From an uncultured delta proteobacterium (GTDB taxonomy: Bacteria; Myxococcota; Myxococcia; Myxococcales; Myxococcaceae): 64,000 bases of DNA. This document shows, in pieces, positions 1 to 9,598 of the stretch (position 1 is its first letter; every line of letters starts with the position of its first letter). The DNA lies in assembly GCA_963776345.1 (NCBI GenBank), contig CAVZMH010000016.1:768001-832000 (forward strand), given 5' to 3'. The notes below the pieces were generated by a model. It saw nothing but the letters and a program-made list of their open reading frames with translations. It had not been told where the DNA came from and made no database searches. Made by a program: the position numbers and the translations under genes.

Positions 1-2
1 AC

Positions 3-890
3 GCGGCACTGCTGGGCGCCGTCTGCGCCGCGGGCCTGCTGCTCGCCTGCAACTCCGGCACCGGCGCCGGGAACGCCGCCGACGCCCCCGGCTCGACCGG
101 GTTGAGCGCCACCGGCGCGGCGGGCGACCGCGGGACCCCCGCCGGGTCCGCCTCCAGACCGCTGCTGTGCACGCCCTCGTCCACCCAGACCAGCGCCTGC
201 GGCGGCATGGCGGTGGGTGCGGCCTGCACCCTCAGCCGCACCCTCCAGGACCACGACGGAGACGCAGACGACGACGCCGGGGTCCTCACCATCGCCGGAA
301 CCTGCCGGAGCACCTTCGATGGAACCGGCGTGGCCTGCGTCCCCAATCCACCGGGGCCGCCGCCCGCGCTGACCCAGCCCTGCAGCGGGAAGTCTGCCGG
401 CGACGCCTGCGAGGTGCAGGGGCCGTTCGGAGGCACCTTTCAGGGCGCCTGCGTCGACCCCCACGGCTCCGGAACGCTGGTCTGCGGCCGGGTGCGGACG
501 CCGCCCCAGCCGTTCATCGACGCGTGCAGCGGAAAGGCCGCCGGCGACGCCTGCGCGCTCGGTGAGCGCCGCGACGGCGGGACCTTCGCCGGCGTCTGCG
601 GGAATGGACCGACCGGCGCTGGCCCGCTGGCCTGCGCCCCGAACCGGGACCGCACCGCGCGGCTCGCGGCGGCCTGCACCGGCCTGGACGCGGGGACCGC
701 GTGCGTCCTCGGGAAGGGCCACTGGGACATCGAGGGGAGCTGCACCACCCCCGCGGGCGGAGGCGCCGCGCTCTGCCTCCCGCCCTGTCCCGAGCCGGGA
801 CACCGGTTCCCGTTCGGCCCCCATCACTGGGGTCCCCGGCATCCGTGGGAGCCGCCGGTGCCGATGAGTGGCCAGGACGCCGGCGGGTAG
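3..890 (+). CDS. Cys-rich repeat lipoprotein (5'-partial)
   Basis: The frame is open from the window start: AALLGAVCAAGLLLAC (lipobox LLAC). Four repeats of the form [AP]CxGxxxGxAC follow, then a His/Pro-rich tail. Confidence 0.7.
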   Translation, partial: AALLGAVCAAGLLLACNSGTGAGNAADAPGSTGLSATGAAGDRGTPAGSASRPLLCTPSSTQTSACGGMAVGAACTLSRTLQDHDGDADDDAGVLTIAGTCRSTFDGTGVACVPNPPGPPPALTQPCSGKSAGDACEVQGPFGGTFQGACVDPHGSGTLVCGRVRTPPQPFIDACSGKAAGDACALGERRDGGTFAGVCGNGPTGAGPLACAPNRDRTARLAAACTGLDAGTACVLGKGHWDIEGSCTTPAGGGAALCLPPCPEPGHRFPFGPHHWGPRHPWEPPVPMSGQDAGG

Positions 891-903
891 AGCCGGGGGC
901 AGC

Positions 904-1686
904 TCAGGAGCCCGGCAGCCGGAAGCGGTACACCCGCGCCGCGTTGAGGCTCGTCGCCTCGGCGACCGCCTCGAGCGGCAGGCCCTTGAGCTCGGCCACC
1001 CGGCGCGCCGTCTCCAGCACGTACGCCGGCTCGTTCTTCTTCCCCCGGTGGGGAACCGGCGCCAGGTAGGGCGAGTCGGTCTCCACCAGGAGCCGCTCCA
1101 GCGGCGCGAAGCTGACGGCCTCGGCGAGCGCCTCGGTCTTCTTGTAGGTCACCACGCCCGAGATGGAGAGGTGGAAGCCGAGGTCGAGGTACGTCCGCGC
1201 CGCCGCGAGGTCCCCGGTGAAGCAGTGGATGACCCCGGCCGTCGGCCGCTCGGTCCGGAGGATGTCGGCACACTCCGCGTGGGCATCCCGGACGTGCACC
1301 ACCAGCGGCTTGCCGACCGCCACGGACAGCACGCACTGCCGTCGGAACACCCGGTCCTGCACCTCGCGCGGCGAGCGGTCGTAGTAGAAGTCGAGCCCCG
1401 CTTCGCCCACGGCATGCACCTCGGACCGACCGCAGGTCTCCTCGAGGAAGGCGAAGTCCGCCTCGGTGGCCCGGGCCGCCTCGTGCGGATGGATGCCGAG
1501 GGTCGCGGTCAGCCGGTCCGGGTGCGCTCGGGCCACCGCCAGGGCGTGCCCGAAATCGCCAGGCGCCTGGAATTGCCCGACCACGATGGCATGCACCACC
1601 CCCGCCGCGGACATCCGGGCCAGCACGGCGGGAACGTCGGGGTACTCGTCCGGCTCGAGGTGGCAGTGCCCGTCGACCAGGCGCAT
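904..1686 (-). CDS. tatD: TatD family hydrolase
   Basis: MRLVDGHCHL, GIHPH, VGEAGLDFYY, VVHVR, IHCF, LVETDSPYLAP, NEP; ATGA overlap with the metG stop. Confidence 0.95.
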   Translation of the reverse strand: MRLVDGHCHLEPDEYPDVPAVLARMSAAGVVHAIVVGQFQAPGDFGHALAVARAHPDRLTATLGIHPHEAARATEADFAFLEETCGRSEVHAVGEAGLDFYYDRSPREVQDRVFRRQCVLSVAVGKPLVVHVRDAHAECADILRTERPTAGVIHCFTGDLAAARTYLDLGFHLSISGVVTYKKTEALAEAVSFAPLERLLVETDSPYLAPVPHRGKKNEPAYVLETARRVAELKGLPLEAVAEATSLNAARVYRFRLPGS

Positions 1687-3769
1687 CACTGCACCGGGCT
1701 TCCGGGCGGAAGGTCTCCTGGATCGACGAGCTTCAGCGAAGCCCCACCGCTCCCGGCCGCGAGGAGCATCCCCCGCGACTCGATGCCCCGCAGCGCGCGC
1801 GGCTTCAGGTTCGCCACCACCACCACCTTGCGACCGACCAGCGCCTCGGGCGCGTAGGCCTCCGCGATACCGGCCACCACCGTGCGCGGGTTGCCCTCGC
1901 CGACATCCACGGTGAGCTTGAGGAGCTTGTCCGCCTTCGGCACCCGCTCCGCCGCCAGCACCTGGCCCACCCGCAGCGCCACGCGGGCGAAGGCGTCGAT
2001 GTCGATCTCCTCGGGCGCCTCGTCCTTCCGGGCGGCAGCGGCCGGCGCCGGCTCGGTCCGGGGAGCCGTCACTGTCTTCCCGGCACCGGCCGCGAGGCGC
2101 GCCAGCTCCTCCGGGGGCACGAGCCTGTTCACCTGCGCCTCCTCGAGCCGCGGGAGCAGCGGAGAGGGCGTCCCGAGCGCCCGCGCCCGCGGGAGCAGGG
2201 GGATCCGCGCCGTCGCCAGAATCCGCGAACGTCACCGGCGCCGTCCCCAGCTGGGCGAAGAGCTTCTCGGTCACCGACGGCACGATGGGCGTCAGGAACG
2301 TCGCCAGCAGCGCCACCACGTCCGACGCGTCCGACAGGTCGGCGCGGGCGACCTCCGGGATCGGTCTTCACCTTCGCCCAGGGCGCGCGGGCCTGGAGGA
2401 ACTGGTTCGCCGACTGCGACACCTCCACCGTCGTCCGCACCACCGCCCGGAAGTCGAGCGACTCGTAGGCCGCCACCACCTCGGGGATGCGGGCCAGCGC
2501 GGCCTCCAGCAGCGGCCTCCCCGCCTCGCCCGGCGCCGGCGCGAGCTTGCCCCCCAGCGGTCCGGCGAGCAGCGACAGCGCCCGGTTGGCGAGGTTCCCG
2601 ACGTTGTTCACCAGCTCGCCGTTCACCCGGGCCCGGAACTCGGGCAGCGAGAGGTCGAAGTCCTCCGGACCGGGCCCCAGGTTCGCGGCGAAGAAGTAGC
2701 GGAGGTAGGCCGAGTCGAAGGCGTCGAGCGCCGTCCGCGCGGCGATGAGCGTGCCGCGCGACTTGGACATCTTCTCGCCGTTCAGCGTCAGGTGCCCGTG
2801 CACGTGCAGCCGGGCTGGCCGCTTGAAGCGCGCGACCTTGAGCACGGTGGGCCAGAACAGGGCGTGGAAGTAGACGATGTCCTTCCCGATGAAGTGGCGG
2901 ATCTCGGTGTCCGAGTCCTCCGCCCAGAGGTCCATCGCCGAGCGCGCGCGCCCCGAGTCCTTGGCCCACTTCTCGGTGGCCGAGATGTAGCCGATCGGCG
3001 CGTCCAGCCAGACGTAGAAGAACTTGTCCTTCTCCCCGGGGATGGGGAAGCCGAAGTACGGAGCGTCCCGGCTGATGTCCCAATCTTGAAGCCCCTGGTC
3101 GAAGAAGGCCTGGAGCTGGTTGGCCACCGCCGGGTGCAGGAAGCCGGGGCTCCGCACCACGTCCTGCAGCCACGCCTGGTGCTTCGAGAGCGCGAAGAAG
3201 AGGTGCTCGCTCTCGCGGGTGACCGGCGGCGTGCCGCAGATCGCACAGCGAGGCAAGATCAGCTCCTCGGGCCGGTACGTCTTCCCGCACACCTCGCAGG
3301 CGTCGCCGTACTGATCCGGGCTCTTGCAGTTCGGGCAAGTCCCCCGGACGAACCGGTCCGGGAGGAATCGCCTGTCGACCTCGCAGTACGTCTGCCGGAT
3401 CGACCGGCGGAGGATGTCCCCGGCATCCTTGAGTCGCCCGTAGATCAGCTCGGAGTAGTGCTTGTTCTCCGCGCTGTTGGTGGAGTGGAAGGTGTCGAGC
3501 GAGATGCCGAAGTCCCGCAGGTCCGCCCGGTGCGACTCCCACACCCCCGCCACCATCGCCTCGGGCGTCAGGCCCTGCTTCGCAGCGTAGAGCTCGATGG
3601 GCGTGCCGTGGGTGTCGTCCGCGCAGACGAACACCACCTCGTTCCCGGCCGAGCGCTGGAAGCGGACGAAGATGTCCGCCAGGACGTGCTCCACCATGTG
3701 ACCGATGTGGAGCGGACCATTGGCATACGGCAGCGCGGGGGTGACGAGGAGCTTCTTCTTCGCGGGCAT
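1686..3769 (-). CDS. metG: Methionyl-tRNA synthetase with C-terminal tRNA-binding domain; two +1 frameshifts (about 2357 and 2220), probably assembly errors
   Basis: PYANGPLHIGH, Zn knuckles, KMSKS and a C-terminal OB domain (VVANLKPRALRGIESRGM) are spread over three frames. Removing one base at each site restores KTDPEVARADLSD and FADLATARIPLL. Confidence 0.93.
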
Positions 3770-3881
3770 CGAGGCGTGGCGTCCGAGGGTGCGGCGAGGG
3801 CCGCGGACTCTAGCGGCTCGGGCTCACGCCTGCACGGTCAGGAGTTGATCCCCGGGCGCGGAAAGGATCCGGACGACGCCG

Positions 3882-4388
3882 TCACTGCTCGTCGTCCGGC
3901 TCTCCCCGCGGACCACCATGACCACCGTGCATCATACCCCGCATCGTCCCCGGCATCCGGGCGATGGCCAGCGCCAGCTTGGCCTTCTTCTGCGGGGGCA
4001 GCCCCTGCGAGAGCTGCTGGAACATCTTCTGGTCGATCTGGTGCATCTGGGCACGGAGGTCGATGATCTTCTGGATCGACTGATCCACCTGGCCGTAGGC
4101 GGTGGTGTCGCCCTTCGCCGCGCGGCGCAGCACCTGCGCCAGGTCGAACATCTGCTGGCGGAGCGGCGCCCGCTGGGCGTCCCACTGGGCGACCGTCTGC
4201 TTCAGCTTCAGGGTCGCCGCGTCGTCCAGCTCCAGGGCCTCGGCCAGCTGGAGCGTCATCATCATCTGCGCGCGCTGGTCCATCTGCTCGCGCCGATCGG
4301 CCAGCGCCGGATCGTCCGCCTTCTTGGGGCCGGCCGCCTGGGCCACGCCCGCCAGCGAGAGCATCCCGAGCACCATCCACGTCTTCAT
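3882..4388 (-). CDS. Periplasmic Spy/CpxP-like helical protein
   Basis: Signal peptide ending AQA; helical Gln/Met-rich body with an LPPQKKAKL (LTxxQ-like) motif; lies downstream of an ECF/anti-sigma pair. Confidence 0.65.
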   Translation of the reverse strand: MKTWMVLGMLSLAGVAQAAGPKKADDPALADRREQMDQRAQMMMTLQLAEALELDDAATLKLKQTVAQWDAQRAPLRQQMFDLAQVLRRAAKGDTTAYGQVDQSIQKIIDLRAQMHQIDQKMFQQLSQGLPPQKKAKLALAIARMPGTMRGMMHGGHGGPRGEPDDEQ

Positions 4389-4406
4389 CGTCCTGCTCCT
4401 ATCCGC

Positions 4407-4923
4407 CTATCCTTCGAGGTATCCGAACAGCCCCGGGCCCTCGAGCGACATCGCGTCGTCGTCGAGCGTGTCCACCGTCTCTTCGGTGGCCTCCGCCGCG
4501 CTCAGCTCCGGGAAGAGCTCCTGCGTGTCGCCCGCCGGCAGCAGCTCGCCGTCTGCCTCGCCGGGCAGCACCGCCGAGGCCTCGGCGCGGTCGGGGTGCC
4601 GCTGCGAGACGGGGCGGACGGACACGGTCAGCACCGCCGCCGCCGCCGCGGCCACCAGCACCGCCGGCACCCGCCAGCCCGCGCGCCCGGGCATCGGGCG
4701 CGGCGCCTCGCCGATGCGGCGCGACCGCAGCGCCTCCAGCTCGGCCGCGCCCAGGGGCGGCAGCTCCACCATGGCCAGCACCGGCTCCAGCCTCCGCGCC
4801 TCGTCCCGGCACCGGGCACACCCGGCCAGGTGCGCGTCGAGCGCCCGCACCTGCGTCCGCCGGCAGCTCGCCCCGGCGGCGCTCGGAGAGCAGGGCTCCC
4901 AGCATCTCGCAGTCCATGCTCAT
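4407..4923 (-). CDS. zf-HC2 anti-sigma factor (frameshift near 4855)
   Basis: MDCEMLGALL in one frame joins LDAHLAGCARC (HxxxCxxC) and a transmembrane helix in another; overlaps the sigma stop codon. Confidence 0.8.
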
Positions 4924-5537
4924 CGCTCGGCCTCCCCGCCCAGCCGCTCCCGCAGCCGCCGCACCGCATGGTGGAAGTGGACCTTGGCGTTGTTCTCGGT
5001 GATGCCCAGGACGCGCGCCACCTCGGCGAAGGGAAGCTCGCCGTCCACCCGGAGCGCGAAGACCTCGCGCTGGCGCCTGGTGAGCGCATCGAGCGCGGCC
5101 CGCACCATCCGGCGACGCTGCTCGGCCTCGATCCGCTCGGTCACCCCGCTCCCCGGCGCCGGGAGGTCCACCGAGTCGACCGGCTCGAGTCGCCAGCGCC
5201 GGCCGTCACGCGCGTGGTTCTTCCCCACGTTGACCGCGAGGCGCAGGAGCCAGGCCCGGAACGCGCCCTGCTCGCCGAGCCGCATGCGCGGGAACACCCG
5301 CCCCGCGGCGGCGAAGGCGCGGAGGAACGACTGCTGGACCAGGTCCGCCGACTCGTCCGGCGAGCGCGCGTACCGCCGCACCAGGGCCAGCACCAGCCGC
5401 TGGTGCCGCTGCACCAGCGCCCCGAACGCCGTCGCATCCCCGTCCAGGTGGGCCCGGACCAGGGCCTCGTCGCCGGGCGCACCCCGCCCCACCAGCGTCA
5501 GCTGCGGCGCCTGCCGGGGTCGTCCGCTCTGGGCCAT
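4920..5537 (-). CDS. ECF RNA polymerase sigma factor
   Basis: Region 2 (DLVQQSFLRAF, FRAWLLRLAVN) and region 4 (LTRRQREVFALR...EVARVLGITENNAKVHFHHA). Confidence 0.92.
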   Translation of the reverse strand: MAQSGRPRQAPQLTLVGRGAPGDEALVRAHLDGDATAFGALVQRHQRLVLALVRRYARSPDESADLVQQSFLRAFAAAGRVFPRMRLGEQGAFRAWLLRLAVNVGKNHARDGRRWRLEPVDSVDLPAPGSGVTERIEAEQRRRMVRAALDALTRRQREVFALRVDGELPFAEVARVLGITENNAKVHFHHAVRRLRERLGGEAER

Positions 5538-5582
5538 GGACAGGGCGAGCACGCGGGGATCACCCGCGTGGGCTCGGGGAGG

Positions 5583-6911
5583 TTAAGCCGGGCCCCGTCC
5601 CGGGGGGCAAACCGTCCACAGCAGCCGCTCGAGCACCAGCTTCCCCGCCCCGGACGACTTCAGCGCCACGTCGGCCTCGGCGCAGGCGAGCAGGCCCCGC
5701 CGCAGCGCCGGCCGTCCGTAGCGCGCCGCGGCCTGCATCCCCAGGAACGCCGCCCAGGGATGCGGCACCCGCTGTCCGTGCTGCTTCGCCTCGCGTTCCA
5801 CGCCGGGGAAGATGCGGGACTTGAACTCGTCGAAGCTGCGCGGCGGCTGGCCGCGCCCGAGCTGGGTCATCCGCTCGTGCGACTCGATGAGCCCCCGCAC
5901 CACGCTGGCGACGGCCCCGAGGATCATCAGCGCGGCCGCGCCGTGCTCCAGCGCCTCGTCCACGTAGCGGAGCGCCGCCGCCAGGTCGCGCTTCTGCAGC
6001 GCATCCGACAGCTCGAGGAACTCCTCCTCGCGCACCCGCGCCACCAGCTGCTCCACGTCCTCCTGGCGGATGACCGGGCCCTGCACGTAGGCCACCAGCT
6101 TCTCCAGCTCGGACTGCAAGAGCCGCATCTGACCGCCGAGCCGATCGCGCAGGGCCTCCTCCGCGCCCGGACCGAGGCGCTTCCCCGTGCCCTCGAGGAA
6201 GCTCCGCGCCGCCCCGCTCAGGTCGAGGTCGCGGAGGCGTCCACCCACCTTGCGCTCCAGCACCGCGCCCTGCTTCTGGGCCAGCTTCAGCAGCGGATGG
6301 CGGGGGTCCACGTCGGTCGCGGCGACGATCAGCGCGTGTCCTTCCGGGAGCCCGCGCTCCAGCGCCGAGAGGAGCGGCGAGACGTCGGACTCGGGGGCCG
6401 TCACTCCCTCCTCGCGAATGAAGGCCGCCATCTCCCGGAGCCAGTCCAGGTCGGCGTCGGCGAGGGTGATGCCCAGCTCCTCCCTCCAGGCCTCGGGGGC
6501 CGGAGCGCCGGGAACGGCCGGGTCCACCTCGGCCGCGCCCCAGCCCGCGCGGGCGACGAGCGCCAGCAGCCGCCGCGCGGACTCCTTCCGCCGCCCCGCC
6601 TTCCAGGCCTCGCGCACCTTCCCCAGCGCATCCACCCGGCCCTTCTTCGGAGCGAGGAACTCGGGGTCGCGCACCACCGCCACCTTCCGCCCGGGAAAGA
6701 GCGGCAGGGTCAGGAGCTCGGCGGCAATCTCCCGCGGGGCAGCCGCGTCGAGCACCGCGAAGTTGAGGCCCACCGCCGCGTCCGGGACCAGCGCGTGCGC
6801 CAGCGCCTCGGCGTCCCGGCGGACCAGGAACTCCTCCCCCCAGCAGAGGTAGAGCGGGCGCACCTTCCCGGCCCTGACCTCGGCGAGCAGCGGCGCCAGC
6901 GGATCGCTCAC
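5583..6911 (-). CDS. holA: DNA polymerase III delta subunit
   Basis: PLYLCWGEEFLV, TLPLFPGRKVAVV, LQSELEKLVAY, ADVALKSS; GTG start overlaps the holB stop. Confidence 0.88.
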   Translation of the reverse strand: MSDPLAPLLAEVRAGKVRPLYLCWGEEFLVRRDAEALAHALVPDAAVGLNFAVLDAAAPREIAAELLTLPLFPGRKVAVVRDPEFLAPKKGRVDALGKVREAWKAGRRKESARRLLALVARAGWGAAEVDPAVPGAPAPEAWREELGITLADADLDWLREMAAFIREEGVTAPESDVSPLLSALERGLPEGHALIVAATDVDPRHPLLKLAQKQGAVLERKVGGRLRDLDLSGAARSFLEGTGKRLGPGAEEALRDRLGGQMRLLQSELEKLVAYVQGPVIRQEDVEQLVARVREEEFLELSDALQKRDLAAALRYVDEALEHGAAALMILGAVASVVRGLIESHERMTQLGRGQPPRSFDEFKSRIFPGVEREAKQHGQRVPHPWAAFLGMQAAARYGRPALRRGLLACAEADVALKSSGAGKLVLERLLWTVCPPGRGPA

Positions 6912-7930
6912 CCTTCCATCTCCAGCAGCATCCGCTCGAGCTGGAGCCGCGGCGAGGCGTTGCGCTGGCGGATGGCCACCAGCGCGTCGTCGAGGAGCCG
7001 GAACCGGCGGTGGAGCGCGTCGTCGTCCAGCCGGCTCGCCACCCGCTCGGCCAGCGCCCTCAGCTCGGGGTGGAAGAGGCCCTCGCCCCCGGCCCGGGCC
7101 ACCGCCACGTCGCGCACCCAGACGGTGAGCAGCGCCAGCGTGGCCTCCGCGTCCTCCCGGCTGCTCCCCACCTCGTCCGCGAACCGCAGCACCGTCCGGA
7201 GGTCGGCGCCGGTGACCGACTCGAAGCGCTCGATGCGCCCCCGGCGGTCGGCCAGGCGCTCGGCGTCCAGCGAGAGCGCCCGTTCCAGGCTCCCGTCGGC
7301 CAGCGAGGCGACTGCCTCGGCGACGTCCGCCGGCACCTCGAGCCGGCGCTGGACCTCGTCCCGGACGAAGGCGTGGGGCAGCGGCCCGAACGCCACCCGG
7401 ACGCACCGGCTGCGCAGGGTGGGCAGGAGCCGGTCCGGCGAGGCGGACACCAGCAGCAGCACGGTGTCCGGCGGCGGCTCCTCGAGCGTCTTGAGGAAGG
7501 CGTTCTGGGCCTGCGGGTTCATCGCCTCCGCCGGGAGGAGCAGCACCACCTTCCGGGGCGCCTCGAGCGGGCGGAGGGCCAGCCTCTCTTGGAGGTGCCG
7601 CACCTGGTCCACCCGGATCTCGCGGGACGGGACGTGGTCGAAGTCGCTCCGCGCAGCCAGCTTGCGGCGGACCGCCTCCTCCTCGGGCATGAGCCAGAGC
7701 ACGTCCGGGTGGTGGAAGCGGGACACCCGGGCGCACGCCGGGCACCGCCCGCAGCCGGCCATCGGCGCCTCGGGGCAGACCAGGGCCTGGGCCATCCCCA
7801 GCGCGGCCAGCTCCTTGCCCACCCCGGAGGGCCCGGTCAGCAGCCAGGCGTGGGGCACGGTGCCGTGCGCCAGGGCGGCCTGGAGCGCGTGGACCGCACG
7901 GGGCTGCCCCTGGACGTCGGAGAGGGCCAT
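6908..7930 (-). CDS. holB: DNA polymerase III delta' subunit
   Basis: HAWLLTGPSGVGK, CGRCPAC, HPDV, NAFLKTLEEPP, TLRSRC. Confidence 0.95.
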   Translation of the reverse strand: MALSDVQGQPRAVHALQAALAHGTVPHAWLLTGPSGVGKELAALGMAQALVCPEAPMAGCGRCPACARVSRFHHPDVLWLMPEEEAVRRKLAARSDFDHVPSREIRVDQVRHLQERLALRPLEAPRKVVLLLPAEAMNPQAQNAFLKTLEEPPPDTVLLLVSASPDRLLPTLRSRCVRVAFGPLPHAFVRDEVQRRLEVPADVAEAVASLADGSLERALSLDAERLADRRGRIERFESVTGADLRTVLRFADEVGSSREDAEATLALLTVWVRDVAVARAGGEGLFHPELRALAERVASRLDDDALHRRFRLLDDALVAIRQRNASPRLQLERMLLEMEG

Positions 7931-7974
7931 CGGAGGACCTCCTCACATGCTCGGGCCGGACCTCGCCGTCAACC

Positions 7975-8004
7975 TTGACGCCGCTCCGGCGCGGCCCGCA
8001 TCCT
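7975..8004 (+). promoter_or_regulatory. Putative sigma70-type promoter for the MscS gene
   Basis: TTGACG-N18-CATCCT, 11 nt before the GTG at 8016. Confidence 0.35.
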
Positions 8005-8015
8005 CCGCCCCGCGC

Positions 8016-9494
8016 GTGCTGCTCCAACTGCTTCAGAGCCATGGGCTGCTCGCCGCCTGCGCGGGGCTCCTGGTCTCGCTCATCGGGCTCCAGGCGCTGA
8101 GCGCGGATCCCCAGTTCAAGCGCGACCTGCGCGGCGCGGCGTCGCTGCTGGCCGGGTACCTGCTTCTCCGGACGGTCGACCTCTACGAGGGAGCGCGGCT
8201 GCCGAAGGCCCTCCACCAGGTGCTCGAGCTGGCCTGGATGCTGGCCCTCACCCTCGGGTTCATCCGGCTCTCGGTCTCGCTCGTGCTGAAGCTCGCCCGG
8301 CTCCGCGCCCGGCCGACGCCGAAGATCCTGCGCGACGTGCTCGACGGCACGCTCTACCTGGTCGCGACGCTGATCATCGTCCAGCGCGAGTTCCGCATCG
8401 ACCTGTCGAGCCTGCTCGCCGGCTCGGCCATCGTCTCGGTGGTCATCGGCCTCGCGCTTCAGGAGACGCTGGGGAACCTCTTCGCCGGGCTCGCCATCCA
8501 GCTCGAGCGGCCGTTCCAGGTGGGCGACGTCATCTCGGTGGGCAACGACATCTTCGGCCGCATCGTGCAGATCGGCTGGCGCGCCACCCGGGTGGAGAAC
8601 AAGCGGCGGGAGGTCATCTCCCTGCCCAACACCACCTTCAGCAAGCAGGGGGTGAAGAACTACTCCCGCGGCGGCGAGCCGGTGGGGTTCGACACGTACA
8701 TCCTCCTCACCTACGACACGCCGCCGAACCGGGTGAAGGCCGTGGTCCGCGAGACGCTGGCCGAGGTGCCGGTCATCCTCGCCGAGCCGGTGGCCCGGAT
8801 CCGGACCTGGTCGTACGAGCACTCGGGGATCAAGTACCGGATCCGCTTCTACGTTTCGGACGTGACGCGGGCCAACGGCGTCCGCGACGAGATCCTCACC
8901 CGGCTCTGGTACCGGCTCCGGCGCGAGGGCATCGAGGTGCCCTACGAGCAGCGGGTGGTCCACCACCGCTTCCCGGAACAGCAGCCGACGGAGTTCCCGG
9001 TCACCGAGCGCATCGCGCTGCTCGACGAGGTGGATCTCTTCCGGGTGCTCGGCCCGGGCGAGCGCGAGCGCGTGGCGCACGAGATGGTCGCCCGCCGCTT
9101 CGGCCGCGGGGAGCGGATCATCGAGCAGGGCGCGCCGGGGCAGACCTTCTACATCGTCGCCTCGGGGAGCGTGTCCATCCTCACCGCCCGGGACGTCGAG
9201 GTGACGCGGCTCGGGCGCGGGCAGTACTTCGGGGAGATGTCGCTCCTCACCGGTGAGCCCCGGTCGGCCACGGTGGTCGCGGCCGAGGACGCGGTGCTCT
9301 TCGAGCTCGACCGGCCGACGTTCGCCCAGCTCTTCGACGAGCAGCCGGCGCTCGCCGGCCTGGTCTCGGAGGCGCTCGCCCACCGCCGCGGGCAGCTCCG
9401 GGCAGTGGCCGAGGCGAACGGGACGGTGGTCGAGGTCCGGGAGGCCAACTGGATCCTCGACCGCCTCCGGTCGATCTTCGGCCTGCGGGCTTGA
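8016..9494 (+). CDS. MscS mechanosensitive channel with C-terminal cNMP-binding domain
   Basis: GLALQETLGNLFAGL, RPFQVGD, IGWRAT; cNMP domain FGEMSLLTGEPRSATV. Start is uncertain (an alternative ATG lies at 7947). Confidence 0.92.
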   Translation: MLLQLLQSHGLLAACAGLLVSLIGLQALSADPQFKRDLRGAASLLAGYLLLRTVDLYEGARLPKALHQVLELAWMLALTLGFIRLSVSLVLKLARLRARPTPKILRDVLDGTLYLVATLIIVQREFRIDLSSLLAGSAIVSVVIGLALQETLGNLFAGLAIQLERPFQVGDVISVGNDIFGRIVQIGWRATRVENKRREVISLPNTTFSKQGVKNYSRGGEPVGFDTYILLTYDTPPNRVKAVVRETLAEVPVILAEPVARIRTWSYEHSGIKYRIRFYVSDVTRANGVRDEILTRLWYRLRREGIEVPYEQRVVHHRFPEQQPTEFPVTERIALLDEVDLFRVLGPGERERVAHEMVARRFGRGERIIEQGAPGQTFYIVASGSVSILTARDVEVTRLGRGQYFGEMSLLTGEPRSATVVAAEDAVLFELDRPTFAQLFDEQPALAGLVSEALAHRRGQLRAVAEANGTVVEVREANWILDRLRSIFGLRA

Positions 9495-9598
9495 CCCCAC
9501 ACCCGTCGCCTCAGCAGGAAGACCGCATGCGCGACCAGTGGGACACCTACCGGAGCCGCGAGGACCACAAGGCGCTGGCCGAGCTCTGAGGACGGTCC

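Noticed and set aside
904..2319. MetRS-TatD fusion suggested by the 471-aa ORF
   Set aside because: An artefact of the metG frameshifts. TatD has its own ATG overlapping the metG stop.
3918..9500. Giant ORFs of 1858 aa (+) and 1305 aa (-)
   Set aside because: These are stop-poor high-GC shadow frames. Only the MscS and HolA portions are real genes.
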